The translations under genes and the position numbers were made by a program. A stretch of DNA of 64,000 nucleotides, taken from Scyliorhinus canicula. Lineage: Eukaryota. The DNA is taken from NCBI RefSeq assembly GCF_902713615.1, contig NC_052152.1, forward strand, positions 166,406,712 to 166,470,711. The letters run 5' to 3'. The notes under the pieces were generated by a model, which searched no databases, had not been told where the DNA came from, and saw nothing but the letters and a program-made list of their open reading frames with translations. Below, one piece after another: positions 25,206-37,855 of the stretch (its first letter is position 1; every line of letters starts with the position of its first letter).

Positions 25206-27013
25206 GGGGATGGGACAATTGGGCGCGGCCGTTTTGGCACGGCCGTTTGGGCGCCATGGGACAATTGGGCGCAGCCAATTTGGCACGGCCGTTTGGGCGC
25301 TGACGACAGAAATTCTTGTATTCAGAAAACTATTGTATTTGTTGTTGAAACATTCAATTTACTATTTTGAACTGTCAGTTGTGTCAATTTCAGCGGCCGG
25401 CTCACTTTGATCCGGAGAGGGAAGCTGCTCTCACTGAAGCAATCAGCCGGCCGCTGAAATTGACAGTGCCCACTGATTGGAGGGAGAGAGCAGCCGGCAG
25501 TGTCAATTTCAGCGGCCGGCTGATTGCTTCAGTGAGAGAGCAGCTTCCCTCTCCGGATCAAAGTGAGCTGGCTGCTGAAATTGACACTGCCGGCTGCTTC
25601 CTCCCTCCAATCAGAAACATTAAAACTTAAAACTTGGATTGGAGGGAGAGAGCAGCGGGCAGTGTCAATTTCAGCGGCCGGCTCACTTTGATCCGGAGAG
25701 GGAAGCTGCGCTCTCACTGAAACAATCAGCCGGCCGCTGAAATTGACACTGCCGAGGGGGGGGCGGGTGTTGGGGGGGAGAAGAGGGGGGGCGGGTGTTG
25801 GGGGGGAGAAGAGGGGGGGCGGGTGTTGGGGGGGAGAGGAGGGGGGGCGGGTGTTGGGGGGAGAGGAGGGGGGCGGGTGTTGGGGGGGAGAGGAGGGGGG
25901 CGGGTGTTGGGGGGGAGAGGAGGGGGGGCGGGTGTTGGGGGGGGAGAGGAGGGGGGCGGGTGTTGGGGGGGGAGAGGAGGGGGGCGGGTGTTGGGGGGGA
26001 GAGGAGGGGGGCGGGTGTTGGGGGGGAGAGGAGGGGGGCGGGTGTTGGGGGGGGAGAGGAGGGGGGCGGGTGTTGGGGGGGAGAGGAGGGGGGGCGGGTG
26101 TTGGGGGGGGAGAGGAGGGGGCGGGTGTTGGGGGGGAGAGGAGGGGGGCGGGTGTTGGGGGGGGAGAGGAGGGGGGCGGGTGTGGGGGGGAGAGGAGGGG
26201 GGCGGGTGTTGGGGGGGAGAGGAGGGGGCGGGTATTGAGGGGGGCGGGTGTTGGGGGGGAGAGGAGGGGCGGGTGTTGAGGGGGGCGGGTGTTGGGGGGG
26301 AGAGGAGGGGGGCGGGTGTTGGGGGGGGAGAGGAGGGGGGCGGGTGTGGGGGAGACCCCCCTGGGGGTGTGGGGGAGCGAGAGTGGACCTGCGGGTGTTG
26401 GGGGAGAGAGGAGGGCCCTGCGGGTGTTGGTGGAGAGAGGGGGGCCCTGCGGGTGTTGGGGGGGCAGAGGAGGGGGGCGGGTGTTGGGGGGGGGGGAGGT
26501 GAGGGGGGCGGGTGTGGGGGAGACCCCCCTGTGGGTGTGGGGGAGAGCCCCTGGGGGTGTGGGGGAGAGAGGGTCTGACCTCTCCCCCCGCCCCCCGCCC
26601 CCCCATGACTCACAATGGGAAGCGCATGCATAGATTTTTAAATAAATTTAAAACCCCCATCATGGATATCCGCGGCTCGGTTACTTTGCATTGGTATTCA
26701 CCAAGGAGAGGGACATGACGGATGTTGAGGCTAGGGATGGATGTTTAAATACTCTAGGTCATGTCGGCATAAGGAAGGGGGTGGCTGTCTTGGACCCCAA
26801 CACCCGCGTTATAAAGGGGGACTACTGTATCATGTATGAGTAAGAACACTGGTTTTTAAACAAAATGTAACAAAGTTTGTGCGACTACTAAATTTGATGA
26901 ACACACCTCCCTCATGTTGACGCCAAAACGTCCGGCGCCAAAACAGCCGGCGCCAAAACGGTTGGCGCCAAAACGGCCGCGCCCAAATGGCTGCGCCAAA
27001 ACGTACCTAACCC
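25206..27013. mobile_element. Non-autonomous Mutator-like DNA transposon with repetitive imperfect TIRs
   Basis: 9-bp TSD TTGGGGAAT (25197-25205 / 27014-27022), GGG...CCC termini, inverted arrays of ~15-bp GGCGCCAAAAC-type units. Confidence 0.8.
25755..26530 (+). repeat. G-rich minisatellite, ~27-bp unit G5-7CGGGTGTTG6-8AGAGGA
   Basis: More than 20 tandem units visible. Confidence 0.92.
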
Positions 27014-27966
27014 TTGGGGAATGATCCCGGCCAGGTGGTTGAAGTTTCAGTTGGTGATTACTTTGGGAATAGCGATCACAATTCCGTAAGTTTTAGAATA
27101 CTCATGGACAAAGACGAGAGTGGTCCTAAAGGAAGAGCGCTAAATTGGTGAAAGGCCGAGTATAACAAAATTCGGCAGGAGCTAGGGAATGTGGATTGGG
27201 AGCAACTGTTTAAGGGTAAATCCACATTTGAAATGTGGGAGTCTTTTAAAGAAAGGTTGATTAGAGTGCAGGACAGACATGTCCCTGTGAAAATGAGAGA
27301 TAGAAATGGCAAGATTGGGGAACCATGGGTGATGGGTGGAATTGTGAGACTAGCTAAGATGAAAAAGGAAGCATACATAAGTTCGAGGCGACTCAAAACT
27401 GATGAAGCTTTGGAGGAATATCGGGAAAGTAGGACAAATCTCAAACGCGCAATGAAGAGGGCTAAAAGGAGTCATGAAATATCTTTGGCTAACAGGGTTA
27501 AGGAAAATTCCAAAGCCTTTTATTCGTATATAAGGAGCAAGAGGGTGACTAGAGAAAGGATTGGTCCACTCAAATACAAAATTTATGCGTGGAGTCAGAG
27601 GAAATGAGTGAGATTCTTAATGAGTACTTTGCATTGGTATTCACCAAGGAGAGGGACATGACGGATGTTGAGGCTAGGGATGGATGTTTAAATACTCTAG
27701 GTCATGTCGGCATAAGGAAGGGGGAGGTTTTGGGTATTCTAAGGCATTAAGGTGGGCAAGTCCCCAGGATCGGATGGGATCTATCCCAGGTTACTGAGAG
27801 AAACGAGAGACTAAATAGCTGGGGCCTTAACAGATATCGCTGCAGTATCCTTGCACACGGGTGAGGTCCCAGAGGACTGGAGAATTGCTAATGTTGTCCC
27901 TTTGTTTAAGAAGGGTAGCAGGATAATCCAGGGAATTATAGACCTGTGAGCTTGACGTCAGTGGTA

Positions 27967-28146
27967 GGCTGGTTTAGCCCACTCGGCTAAATTGCTGGCT
28001 TTTAAAGCAGATCAAGCAGGCCAGCAGCACGGTTCGATTCCCGTACCAGCCTCCCCGGACAGGCGCCGGAATGTGGCGACTAGGGGCTTTTCACAGTAAC
28101 TTCATTGAAGCCTACTCGTGACAATAAGCGATTTTCATTTCATTTC
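27967..28146 (+). mobile_element. Short tRNA-derived SINE in CR1 RT
   Basis: Box B GGTTCGATTCCC, shared tail, (CATTT)n end; CR1 resumes afterwards. Confidence 0.85.
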
Positions 28147-29889
28147 AAACTGTTGGAGAAGATACTGAGGGATAGGATCTATTCACATTTGGAAGAAAAT
28201 AGACTTATCAGTGATAGGCAGCATGGTTTTGTGCAGGGAAGGTCATGCCTTACAAACCTAATAGAATTGTTTGAGGAAGTGACAAAGTTAATTGATGAGG
28301 GAAGGGCTGTAGATGTCATATACATGGACTTCAGTAAGGCGTTTGATAAACTTTCCCATGGCAGGTTGATGGAAAAAGTGAAGTCGTATGGGGATCAGGG
28401 TGTACTAGCTAGAAGGATAAAGAACTGGCTGAGCAACAGGAGACAGAGAGTAGTGGTGGAAGGGAGTGTCTCAAAATGGAGAAAGATGACTAGTGGTGTT
28501 CCACAGGGATCTGTGCTCGGACCACTTTTGTTTGTGATATACATAAATGATCTGGACGAAGGTATAGGTGGTCTGATGAGCAAGTTTGCAGATGATACTA
28601 AGATTGGTGGAGTTGCAGATAGCAAGGAGGACTTTCAGAGAATACAGCAAAATGTAGATAGATTGGAGAGTCGGGCAGAGAAATGGCAGATGGAGTTCAA
28701 TCCAGGCAAATGCGAGGTGATGCATTTTGGAAGATCCAATTCAAGAGCGGACTTTATGTTCAATAGAAGAGTCCTGGGGAAAATTGATGTACAAAGAGAT
28801 CTGGGAGTTCAGGTCCATTGTACCCTGAAGGTGGCAACGCAGGTTGATAGAGTGGTCAAGAAGGCATACAGCATGCTTGCCTTCATCGGACGGGGTATTG
28901 AGTACAAGAGTCGGCAGGTCATGTTCCAGTTGTATAGGACTTTGGTTAGGCCACATTTGGAATACTGCGTGTAGTTCTGGTCACCGTATTACCAGAAGGA
29001 TGTGGATGCTTTAGAGAGGGTGCAGAGGAGATTCATCAGGGTGTTGCCTGGTCTGGAGGGTGCTAGCTATGAAGAAAGGTTGAGTAGATTAGGATTGTTT
29101 TAGTTGGAAAGACGGAGGTTGAGTGGGGAACCTGATTGAGGTCTACAAAATTATGAGAGGTATGGACAGGGTGGATAGCAACAAGCTTTTTCCAAGAGTG
29201 GGGGTGTCAATTACAAGGGGTCACGATTTCAATAACTTCCCAAACAACATCCAGTAGACAGAAGAAACACCTTTTAACTGAAGCACATCAGGTTTACATT
29301 CACTACTGAAAACATTTATAATTCTGAATTCACCAAATGATCAAGAGATAGTCTTTTGATGGTAGAGAGAACAACAGTACACCTGCTTGGTCTGGCTTCA
29401 GCTCCAACAGAAAATGAAACTTAAACATACCCTGCAGCAAACAGCATAAAACGAAAGTAAAAGCTGACGCCGCCCGGCTCCACCCATACTCTGACATCAC
29501 TGATAAATACCCATTCTAGAAGGTACATTTCTTAATCATCCATTTCGTAAAGGTACTCTTTGGGGTCAGTTATGTGATAGGATGGTTTTAGGTCAAGCTA
29601 TTCAGCTGACTAGGTCCCTGGTTAAAGCCCACTGTGTTTGGTGCAGGCAGAGAGCTCTGCCTTTGTCCATAACTGGTTGGTGTTGATGTCTTGTCCACCT
29701 TGCTTTGTTGGTTTGTTTACACAGTGCAAGGAATGTTAGCTGATGTGGTTCTACTATGTCCATTTTTAAACAGCTCAGAAACATCCAGAATTTCCATCAT
29801 GTCATCATGACGGCTATTCTATCAGTTCAGCCTATTGTCCATTTCGAAAAAAATTATAAAGAAGCCAGGTTGACACACACAAGAATATC

Positions 29890-30195
29890 TGGGTGGCACA
29901 GTGGCTAGCACCGTTGCTTCACAGTGCCAGGGACCCGGGCTCGATTCCCGGCTTGGGTCACTGTCTGTGCGGAGTCTGCACGTTCGCCTCGTGTTTGTGT
30001 GGGTTTCCTCCGGGTGCTCCGGTTTCCTCCCACAAGTCCTGAAATACGTGTTTGTTAGGTGAATTGGACATTCTGAATTGTCCCTCTGTGTACCCGAACA
30101 GGCGCCGGAATGTGGCGACTAGGGGATTTTCACAGTACCTTCATTGCCGTGTTAACGTAAGCCTACTTGTGACACTAGTAAAGATTATTATTATA
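29890..30195 (+). mobile_element. SINE with HE1-like head and alternative tail
   Basis: Same architecture as 9064-9376. Confidence 0.82.
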
Positions 30196-30606
30196 TCTAT
30201 ATATCCTTTCATGGCATCTAATCATGACAGATTAGTAAATTAGGCTCCTGTCTGTTACTTTCTGCTGAGCATTACACCACCTATGATCCCAGCACGCCCG
30301 AGCCTCCCTTCATTCTCCCGACCTAATGGAAATTCTTGTAGTCTAGTACATTGTAAAATAAATGTTCCTGTAAACTAGAAAGAATAGAATACAATTATTA
30401 TTAGCCAGTTCACTGATCCAGATAATTGCAGAACATTAGGAACAATTAACTTTTAGCACTTTAGGATTAACGTATATTATCTTTGCACTTGTTACACATT
30501 TGTAATTTGTTATGAGTTATTTATTTATGATCTATGAAGCTGTCACGCAAGTCTTCATGTGGCCTTTTAAAAATTAACAAATGCAATGAGCAGGGAAGCA
30601 CACTTT

Positions 30607-32605
30607 GGGCGCAATTCTCGTGAAAGATTGCGAAGTGTGGTAACAAGCGGGAATTGCTCAGTCCGGCAACATTATTCAACATTAGTTGGCCCACTCAACG
30701 AGGCCTCACAAACTTCTCGCTGCAAATCAAAGCCCGGCAGCTTATTCGCCAGGATCGCACTCATTAGCCTCCCACTAACAAGGTCAAGCAGCACTTAAAC
30801 AGCTCTTGCTCAGCCAACCCCAGTCAGCCCACAACAATGGCGCTGAGAAGATCAGCCCCAGATTCGGTGAGCTCCTGGATGCGGTGGAGATCTGGAGGGA
30901 TGTCGTGTCCCTACGAGGGTCCCGGAGGGCGAGCCACAGGGCAGCCAGTACTGTCTGGGACAAGGTGGCAGCGGCTGTACGTTCTGGGAGCATGACCAGG
31001 AGGATTGGCCTCCAGTGATGTAAAGAGGTCAATGACCTACACCGGGCAGCACGGGTGAGTAGACACCAAAGCCCACCCTCCCGAGACCTTTCCGCCCACA
31101 TGTGAGCATCCAATCCTCCCTTNNNNNNNNNNNNNNNNNNNNNNNNNNNNNNNNNNNNNNNNNNNNNNNNNNNNNNNNNNNNNNNNNNNNNNNNNNNNNN
31201 NNNNNNNNNNNNNNNNNNNNNNNNNNNNNNNNNNNNNNNNNNNNNNNNNNNNNNNNNNNNNNNNNNNNNNNNNNNNNNNNNNNNNNNNNTCCTTCAATCA
31301 CACTCCTAGGACCCAGCTGGGTCCCAGCCTGATGCTGAGCCGCTGGAAGTGGGTTACCCTGAGCTGATGGAGACAATAGGATGTGGCCGGGACATTCCGA
31401 GGGAGATGTCAGCATCACTCCAGCACCCCAAGAGGCGATGGGCGCAGGAGATGCCGCCAGCAATGCGTGGCACTGAGGCTAACTTTGCTGGGGTGGCAAC
31501 CGCAGTGCAGAGCTGGTGCACGATGTCAGGCACCATGAGTGAAGGTGTACAAGGCATCATGCAGTCGGTGATGTCTACGGCTGAGGGTCTCGGCAGAATG
31601 CCCGACTCACTGGGGGATGTGACCTACTACAGGCTGACCTTGATGAGGTTCTGCGGGACATGTCCCGTTCTGAGATGGGAATGGCTGAGGTGCTGCAGAG
31701 CTTGTCCCAGTCACTGGTGGATATTGTTGTGACGCTGCAGAGCATGTCCCGATTACTGAGGAGCACCAACGAGGGCGTTGATACACTGGTGCAGATATCG
31801 ATGGGCCACCAGGGCTGGCAGAACCAAATGATGCAGGGGCAACCAAGGTTCAAACCATTTGCCCGTCCGTCCCATGGTGAACCCAGGGCCTCTGGGCACA
31901 GTGGCAGGAGGGGCACGGGGTGCCAACTGGAACTGTCCCGTGGAGTGGCGATGGTGCCACCAGCTCCCTTGAGTTCCAACCCTCTGATGAGGCTGTGTGT
32001 CAAGGTCAGCACTCGTGACTGGATGGCACAGCTGTGCATGTGTTGCCAAAAGTTCTCCGGCCCTAGAGCCCCCAGAGGACGTCCGCCAAGAGCATCGAAG
32101 GCCACGGGATGAGGTAAGCAGCTGGCTCCCTCCATGTCAGAGGTGCATCCTGGGGACACACCTAGACTTGGCGGCAGAGCTAGGAAGGTGAAGCTCGTTG
32201 AGGATCACAGAGCACCGGGGGAGGGGGGGTAGAGGAGGATCACTAAGGGCACCGGTGGAGGGGCAAGAGGCCGCGAGGGGAGAGAGTGGAGGGTAAGTAG
32301 GGGGTGGCAGGGGTGAGGGGGCAGACTATCAGGCGATCCTTGAGCAAAACCAGTATCATGCCACTGTCACAGTCTTCCACAATGTGGGCTGACCTCCGAA
32401 CCCATGGCCAATCTCGACAGGCATTCAGGTAGTGATTATTGATTTCTCGCCACGCTACGGCAAGATCCCGATTTCGCAAGGGAGCCGGCCAATTGCATCG
32501 CAAACTGTTTGGCACCTGACATGGTTCTCGTTTTTGGCCTCTCCCGCTATTCACTGGCCTTGTTTCTCTTGAGCGAGTGCACAACAAGGTTGGAGAATTG
32601 CACCC
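30607..32605 (+). mobile_element. Non-autonomous PIF/Harbinger transposon with decayed Myb/SANT gene
   Basis: TIRs GGGCGCAATTCTC / GAGAATTGCACCC, 3-bp TSD TTT; ELLDAVEIWRDVV...WDKVAAAV; contains N-gap 31123-31289. Confidence 0.85.
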
Positions 32606-32729
32606 TTTGTTTTTTTAAATATATTAATGGTTTGACATGCATAGCTGTGACTAGTTAAATATTCCATATTTAGACTAATTAGATCAGAGTCATATTTCTC
32701 ACAAAATTATCTTCTGTCTTCTGTTATAG

Positions 32730-32791
32730 GTGGAACTTCACCTTCATCTTGACGGGGCTATAAAACCTGAGACAATTTTATACTTTGGCAA
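32730..32791 (+). CDS. ADA: ADA exon 2, VELHLHLDGAIKPETILYFG(K)
   Basis: TAG acceptor, GTAAGT donor, 62 nt; residues equivalent to His15/His17/Asp19. Confidence 0.97.
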
Positions 32792-35700
32792 GTAAGTTGT
32801 TCACCAGATTGTAAAATCAAAGCAACCTGTTCATATTTGTCACATGGGATGAAATAAGTCTCGACGTGGTGGATTCTTGTTTAACTCATTGAGAAAGGGT
32901 TNNNNNNNNNNNNNNNNNNNNNNNNNNNNNNNNNNNNNNNNNNNNNNNNNNNNNNNNNNNNNNNNNNNNNNNNNNNNNNNNNNNNNNNNNNNNNNNNNNN
33001 NNNNNNNNNNNNNNNNNNNNNNNNNNNNNNNNNNNNNNNNNNNNNNNNNNNNNNNNNNNNNNNNNNNNNNNNNNNNNNNNNNNNNNNNGCACCAGCTTTT
33101 AGTATTGTGTCGACACAGACAATTCACTTGCATTCCTTTGCTTCTCCATGGGTTGTAGTCTCTCGCTAAGGAAATATTCCAATTTGCCTTTCTCTGATTC
33201 CACGTGGAACATCATTTTCTTTTGCTTTTCTGACTTTCTTGTCTATTTATCCTTGCCATCTATCCGTGCCATTTTGTAACTTTCTTGTCCCATCTCTTCA
33301 ATTAATGTGCCTCTTAACGGTGCACTTTACAATCTTGGAGCACAGCATAGTAATCAGCATAGAACCCTGGGCGGTACCACAGTCACAACATGCCAATGAG
33401 AAAAAAGTTTCCTTTAACCCCAATCTATGTGTCCTACTTTCAACTAATTACAGACCCGTGCAATCTTGCTTGTTCTTATTTTACAATTTCTCTTTTACAG
33501 AGCCTCATCAAATGACTTCTGGAAGTTCATACAGACAATATTTGTACACACTTCCTAATTCACCATGTCTCAAAAAAGCAACTGAAATAGTCAAACGTTT
33601 TTGCGGGAGGCCATTTAGCGCATCCTTCTTATTTAATCACTTGTTAAAAATTGGATGTGAACTACAGGAGATGCTATTGATTGTGCCAGCTTCGTGTGCA
33701 TGCCATCATGGATGGATGAAAGGATATGTAGAATGATGCACCCAAGACTGAACACATAGTCATTGCGGCAGCAACCACACATTTCCATTAGGTCAAATCA
33801 CTTCAGGGCAAACTCATTGAAGGTGATAGATATATAAATGATTATTTGTTTCTTCAAATTGCTTCAATTGTGCACCACGCAGAAACTGTAGGTAGCCCTG
33901 TAGAAGGATCATGCAGAACACGGAGAAGGATCATGTAGATTTGAAAAGTTAACTCTGTTTCTCTCCACAAATGCTGCCAGATTGCTGAGTTTATCTAGCA
34001 TTTTCTGTTTTTATTATGCAGAATATCCAGCTACCTGAAGGTGGATTTTCTGTTTGATATTGTTCACATGCACATGTAAATAGGCATGTATGTGCCTGCA
34101 TAAAGGTAATATGCAAAGCTACTGAAGCTCAAAGATTAAATAACATTATTTCAAAGTATCTTGGCCTTGTTTGCAAATCTTAATCTCTATTTTTTTAAGA
34201 TTCCTTCCTGTTTATTTCTTTTGTTCTCATTTATTTCATTTTAATATTTTTGTCTGTGGATGTGCCTTTAAGCAGAAGAGTGCTTGCCAGGACAGTGTGT
34301 TCCTAGGTTTTGTATTTTGGAGAGGAGAAACCAGACTCTTGGGTGCCAAGTGAATCTTAGCAATCGTTTTTTGGAGGAAGTTGGTACGATTGGCTAATTG
34401 ACCAGCAGTGGGTTGGCCAGAGGCAGTGTTCTGCCTGACAACAGTTAGGTTTGTGTGTGCGTGTCTGTGTGTAGCTGGAGCAACCAAGGGACTGGGCTTG
34501 GGCACCAGGGGGAAACCTGTCGACTTTGAGCAAGCATGCTAAATTTTAGTTTCATAAAGGGCAATCAATTTAATTAACAGCAATGTTACAGTTCTAGAGA
34601 ATAGAGCAAGCAAGATCAAACAGAGTTTCCACAGAGCAAAAGCTTTTCTTGCTTTGAAATTGTTTGCTGAGCATGCTTTTGTAAAGGAAGGATTAGGAAC
34701 AGATAAAAGGCATGCGAATTGTATGGCGGATTTCAGAAAACTACAGGTAGAATAAAGAGGGGAAATGTAGACAGGACTATGTATGTTTGTAGCTCAACAA
34801 TGGCCGGTAAGTTAAATACAAAGGAGAAAAAAGCAACTTAATCTGACCAGTTCAATGAGGGCTTTTAAAAAGCATTTTTAGCATCATTGCAGATCTTCAC
34901 AACTCTGACTGCCTATTTCATATGGGTGAATATATGAGCCAAGGAGTGTGGAGGTCAAATTTCGGGAAGCATGTTCTCCAATTGCAAAGTAAACATGTTT
35001 AATACTAGGACGAATGAACGGAATCAAATGAGATAGGCATAGGTTACTGTGGATAGATTTTAAAGTGGCTCACAAAATAGTGGGAGCAGGAGGAAATAAT
35101 ATAACAAAATATGATGTTACACTAAATGGGTGAAGTGTTTTTGGATTGGTTAAATTCCAAGTGATTAGGTTTTGTATTGATATTGGGTGAAGATTTGGTC
35201 TGGTTTTCATGAACAGGATGGTTCAATGTCAGGAAAATTAACTCTTTAAAAAAAATTCTTGTCAGGCAAGGGGTTGCCACTTGAAGCAAGATTTTTGAAT
35301 GTCCTGAATAATTTATTAAAATGTTATTCCTGGAATGTTGATGTCACGGGCACGCCAGTATTTATTGCCTCGTCCCGGTTGCCCTTGAAAAGGTGGTGGT
35401 GAAGGTACACACACAGTTTCAAGTTTAAAAGACTGCAGTGCAAGTCTCTACTGAACTGATGTAGAATGCCTGCTTACAGAGGGAGTGATGATGGCAAGCC
35501 ACATAGGGCATGTAGCATTGTTGGATTTCAAAACCCAAACATTCCCATTTTCATGATTATGTGTCACTGTGTTCCCCACTATATACCAACTATTCTCGCG
35601 TATCAACCATTTGTTGTACTATTCAGTCTCTGCACCTGCATTGCATAATCTGTCCAGGCCCCTAAATGGTATGCATGGGCACTGTCATTGGCTGTTCATT

Positions 35701-36403
35701 GAGGTGATGTTCCTTGTCCAGAGAGTTTTGTTCCCATGGATCTTGTTGCTGTGGTAACTGTTGTTTGTCCATTGTCATTATTGGGGACTGGAGGATCTCT
35801 GGGATTGATGGTAGTCTGCACTCCGTACACCTGGTTACCACAAGCCAAATTGGACATGTTGTACTGTTGCACTTCAAAAACACACACACCCACAGTGCTG
35901 TTAGGGAGGGAGTTCCAGCATTTGTATTAGCTTTCCTAATTATTTGCAATGCTAACCTTTTGTGATTCATTCACTAGCAACAATGAAGGAAAAGTGATAT
36001 ATTCCCAAGTCTCAATGTTGTGAGACCTGGATGGGAACTTCCAGTAGGTGGTGTTCCCATGCGTGTGCTGATCTTGTCCTTTTTAGATGGCAGCGGTCAC
36101 GTGTTTGGAAGGTGCAGTTTCACAAGTCTTGGTGATTTCCTGAATAGACCGATAAAAGCAAAATAATGCAGATGCTGGAAATCTGAAATAAAAATAGAAA
36201 ATGCTGGAAAAACTCAGGAGGTCTGGCAGCATCTTTGAAGAGAGAAACCGAGTAAACGTTAAGTTCACATGACTCTTTTTCAGAGGCTACTCCTGATGAC
36301 CTTTCACCCCCTTGTTTATCAAGAATCTATCCACCACTGCCTGGAAAACACTCAAAACACTCTGTTTCCACTGCCTTTTGAGGAAGGGAGTTCGAAAGAC
36401 CAT

Positions 36404-37081
36404 GGGCGGGATTCCCCCGTACCCGGCGGGGTGGGGGGACCCGGTGGGACAGAGAGGCATGATCCACTCCGACATCGGCCCGCCCCGAAGGTGCGGAATC
36501 CTCCGTACCTTCAGGGGCTAGGCCGGCGCCGGAGTGGTTTGTGCCCCGCCGGCTGGCGTTGAAGGCCTTTGGCGCTGCGCCAACCTGGGCCGAAGGGACT
36601 CCGCCGGCCGGCGAGTGTCCGCGCATGCGCGGGAGCATCAGCGGCTGCTGACATCATCCCCGCGCATGCGCCGGGGTGGGTTCACCTACACGTCGGCCAT
36701 CGCAGAGGCTGACACGGCAGACACGTAGGAAAAGAGTGCCCCCATGGCACAGGCCCACCCGTGGATCGGTGGGCCCCGATCGCGGGCCAGGCCATTGTGG
36801 TGGAACCCCCTGGGGCCAGATTTCCCCGCGCACCCCCCCAGGACCCCGGAGCCTGATATACGCCGGCGGCACTGGCAAAGAAACAGCGGGACTTCGGTCC
36901 ATCGTGGGTTGGAGAATCGCCGGGGGGGGGGGGGGCGCGCTGCGAGTGGCCACCGACCGGCGCGGCGCAATTCCTGCCCCCGGCGAATCTCCGGCGGCGG
37001 AGAATTCAGTGGACGGCAGGGGCGGGATTCACCCCCCCCCGGCGATTCTCCGACCTGGCGGGGGGTCAGAGAATCCCGCCC
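36404..37081. mobile_element. GC-rich Harbinger-type MITE
   Basis: TIRs GGGCGGGATTC / GAATCCCGCCC, 3-bp TSD CAT. Confidence 0.85.
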
Positions 37082-37482
37082 CATATCCTCAGAGAAAACA
37101 TGTCCACACCTCTGTCTTAAATGAGTGACCTTGTTTTTTTAGGCAGAGACCCCTTAGTTCTAGATTCTCTCACAAGAGAAAATATCCTCTCCACAGCCAA
37201 CATGTCAGAACCCCTAAGGGTCTTCTTAAGTCAAGTCACCTCTTATTTTTCTAAATCCAGCAACACAGCCCTTGCCTCTCCAACCCTTCTTTGTAAGACA
37301 ACCTGACATTAGTTCAGTAAACCTTCTCCAAACTGTCTCTAAAGTATTTACATCCTTCCTTAAATAAGGAGACTGATGCTGTACACCGTACGCTGGATGT
37401 GGTCTAATCAGTGTCTTGAACAACTGAAATATAAGCTCCTTACTTTTATATCTGATTTCCCTTGCAATAAACAATAGCATTT

Positions 37483-37855
37483 ACATAGAATTACATAGAT
37501 TACATAGAATTTACAGTGCAGAAGGAGGCCATTCGGCCCATCGAGTCTGCACCGGCTCTTGGAAAGAGCACCCTACCCCCTATCCAAGGTCAACACCTCC
37601 ACCCTATCCCCATTACCCAGTAACCCCACCCAACACTAAGGGCAATTTTGGATACTAAGGGCAATTTATCATGGCCAATCCACCTAACCCGCACATCTTT
37701 GGACTGTGGGAGGAAACCGGAGCACCCGGAGGAAACCCACGCACACACGGGGACAACGTGCAGACGCCACACAGACAGTGACCCAAGCCGGAATCGAACC
37801 TGGGACCCTGGAGCTGTGAAACGATTGTGCTAACCACAAGGCTACTGTGCTGCCC
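37483..37855 (-). mobile_element. HE1 SINE
   Basis: (TACATAGAA)-type tail through GTGCTGCCC head. Confidence 0.9.

Larger units (their letters stand above)
24023..29230 (+). mobile_element. CR1 LINE (ORF1 esterase, APE, RT), nested in Gypsy gag
   Basis: SGNH-esterase-like HIGTNN; APE FNARS/ITETW/GDF; RT DFSKAFD, GVPQGSVLGP, KFADDTK; multiple stops; 3' end missing. Confidence 0.92.
19714..29559 (-). mobile_element. Gmr1-like Gypsy LTR retrotransposon (PR-INT-RT-RH), interrupted by CR1
   Basis: 3' LTR 19714-20312 (TG...CA) with PPT from 20313; RH VVDASDVGVG; RT YIDD; integrase IQSDQG; protease LRDTGA; gag knuckle FHCNKLGHVKSQC at ~23960-23995; partial 5' LTR 29231-29559. Confidence 0.9.

Noticed and set aside
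25683-26633. Long Pro-rich/Gly-rich ORFs (up to 307 aa)
   Set aside because: Stop-free by-products of the G-rich minisatellite.
25206-27013. CRISPR-like spaced short repeats
   Set aside because: Eukaryotic context, no unique spacers or cas genes; these are transposon subterminal repeats.
28105-28974. 289-aa RT ORF as a functional gene
   Set aside because: Starts inside a SINE and is part of a disrupted CR1 with stops on both sides.
34780-34812. ATG GCC G|GTAAGT as an alternative exon in intron 2
   Set aside because: Nearby open ATG frames give phase 0 or 1, while exon 3 needs phase 2; no other support.
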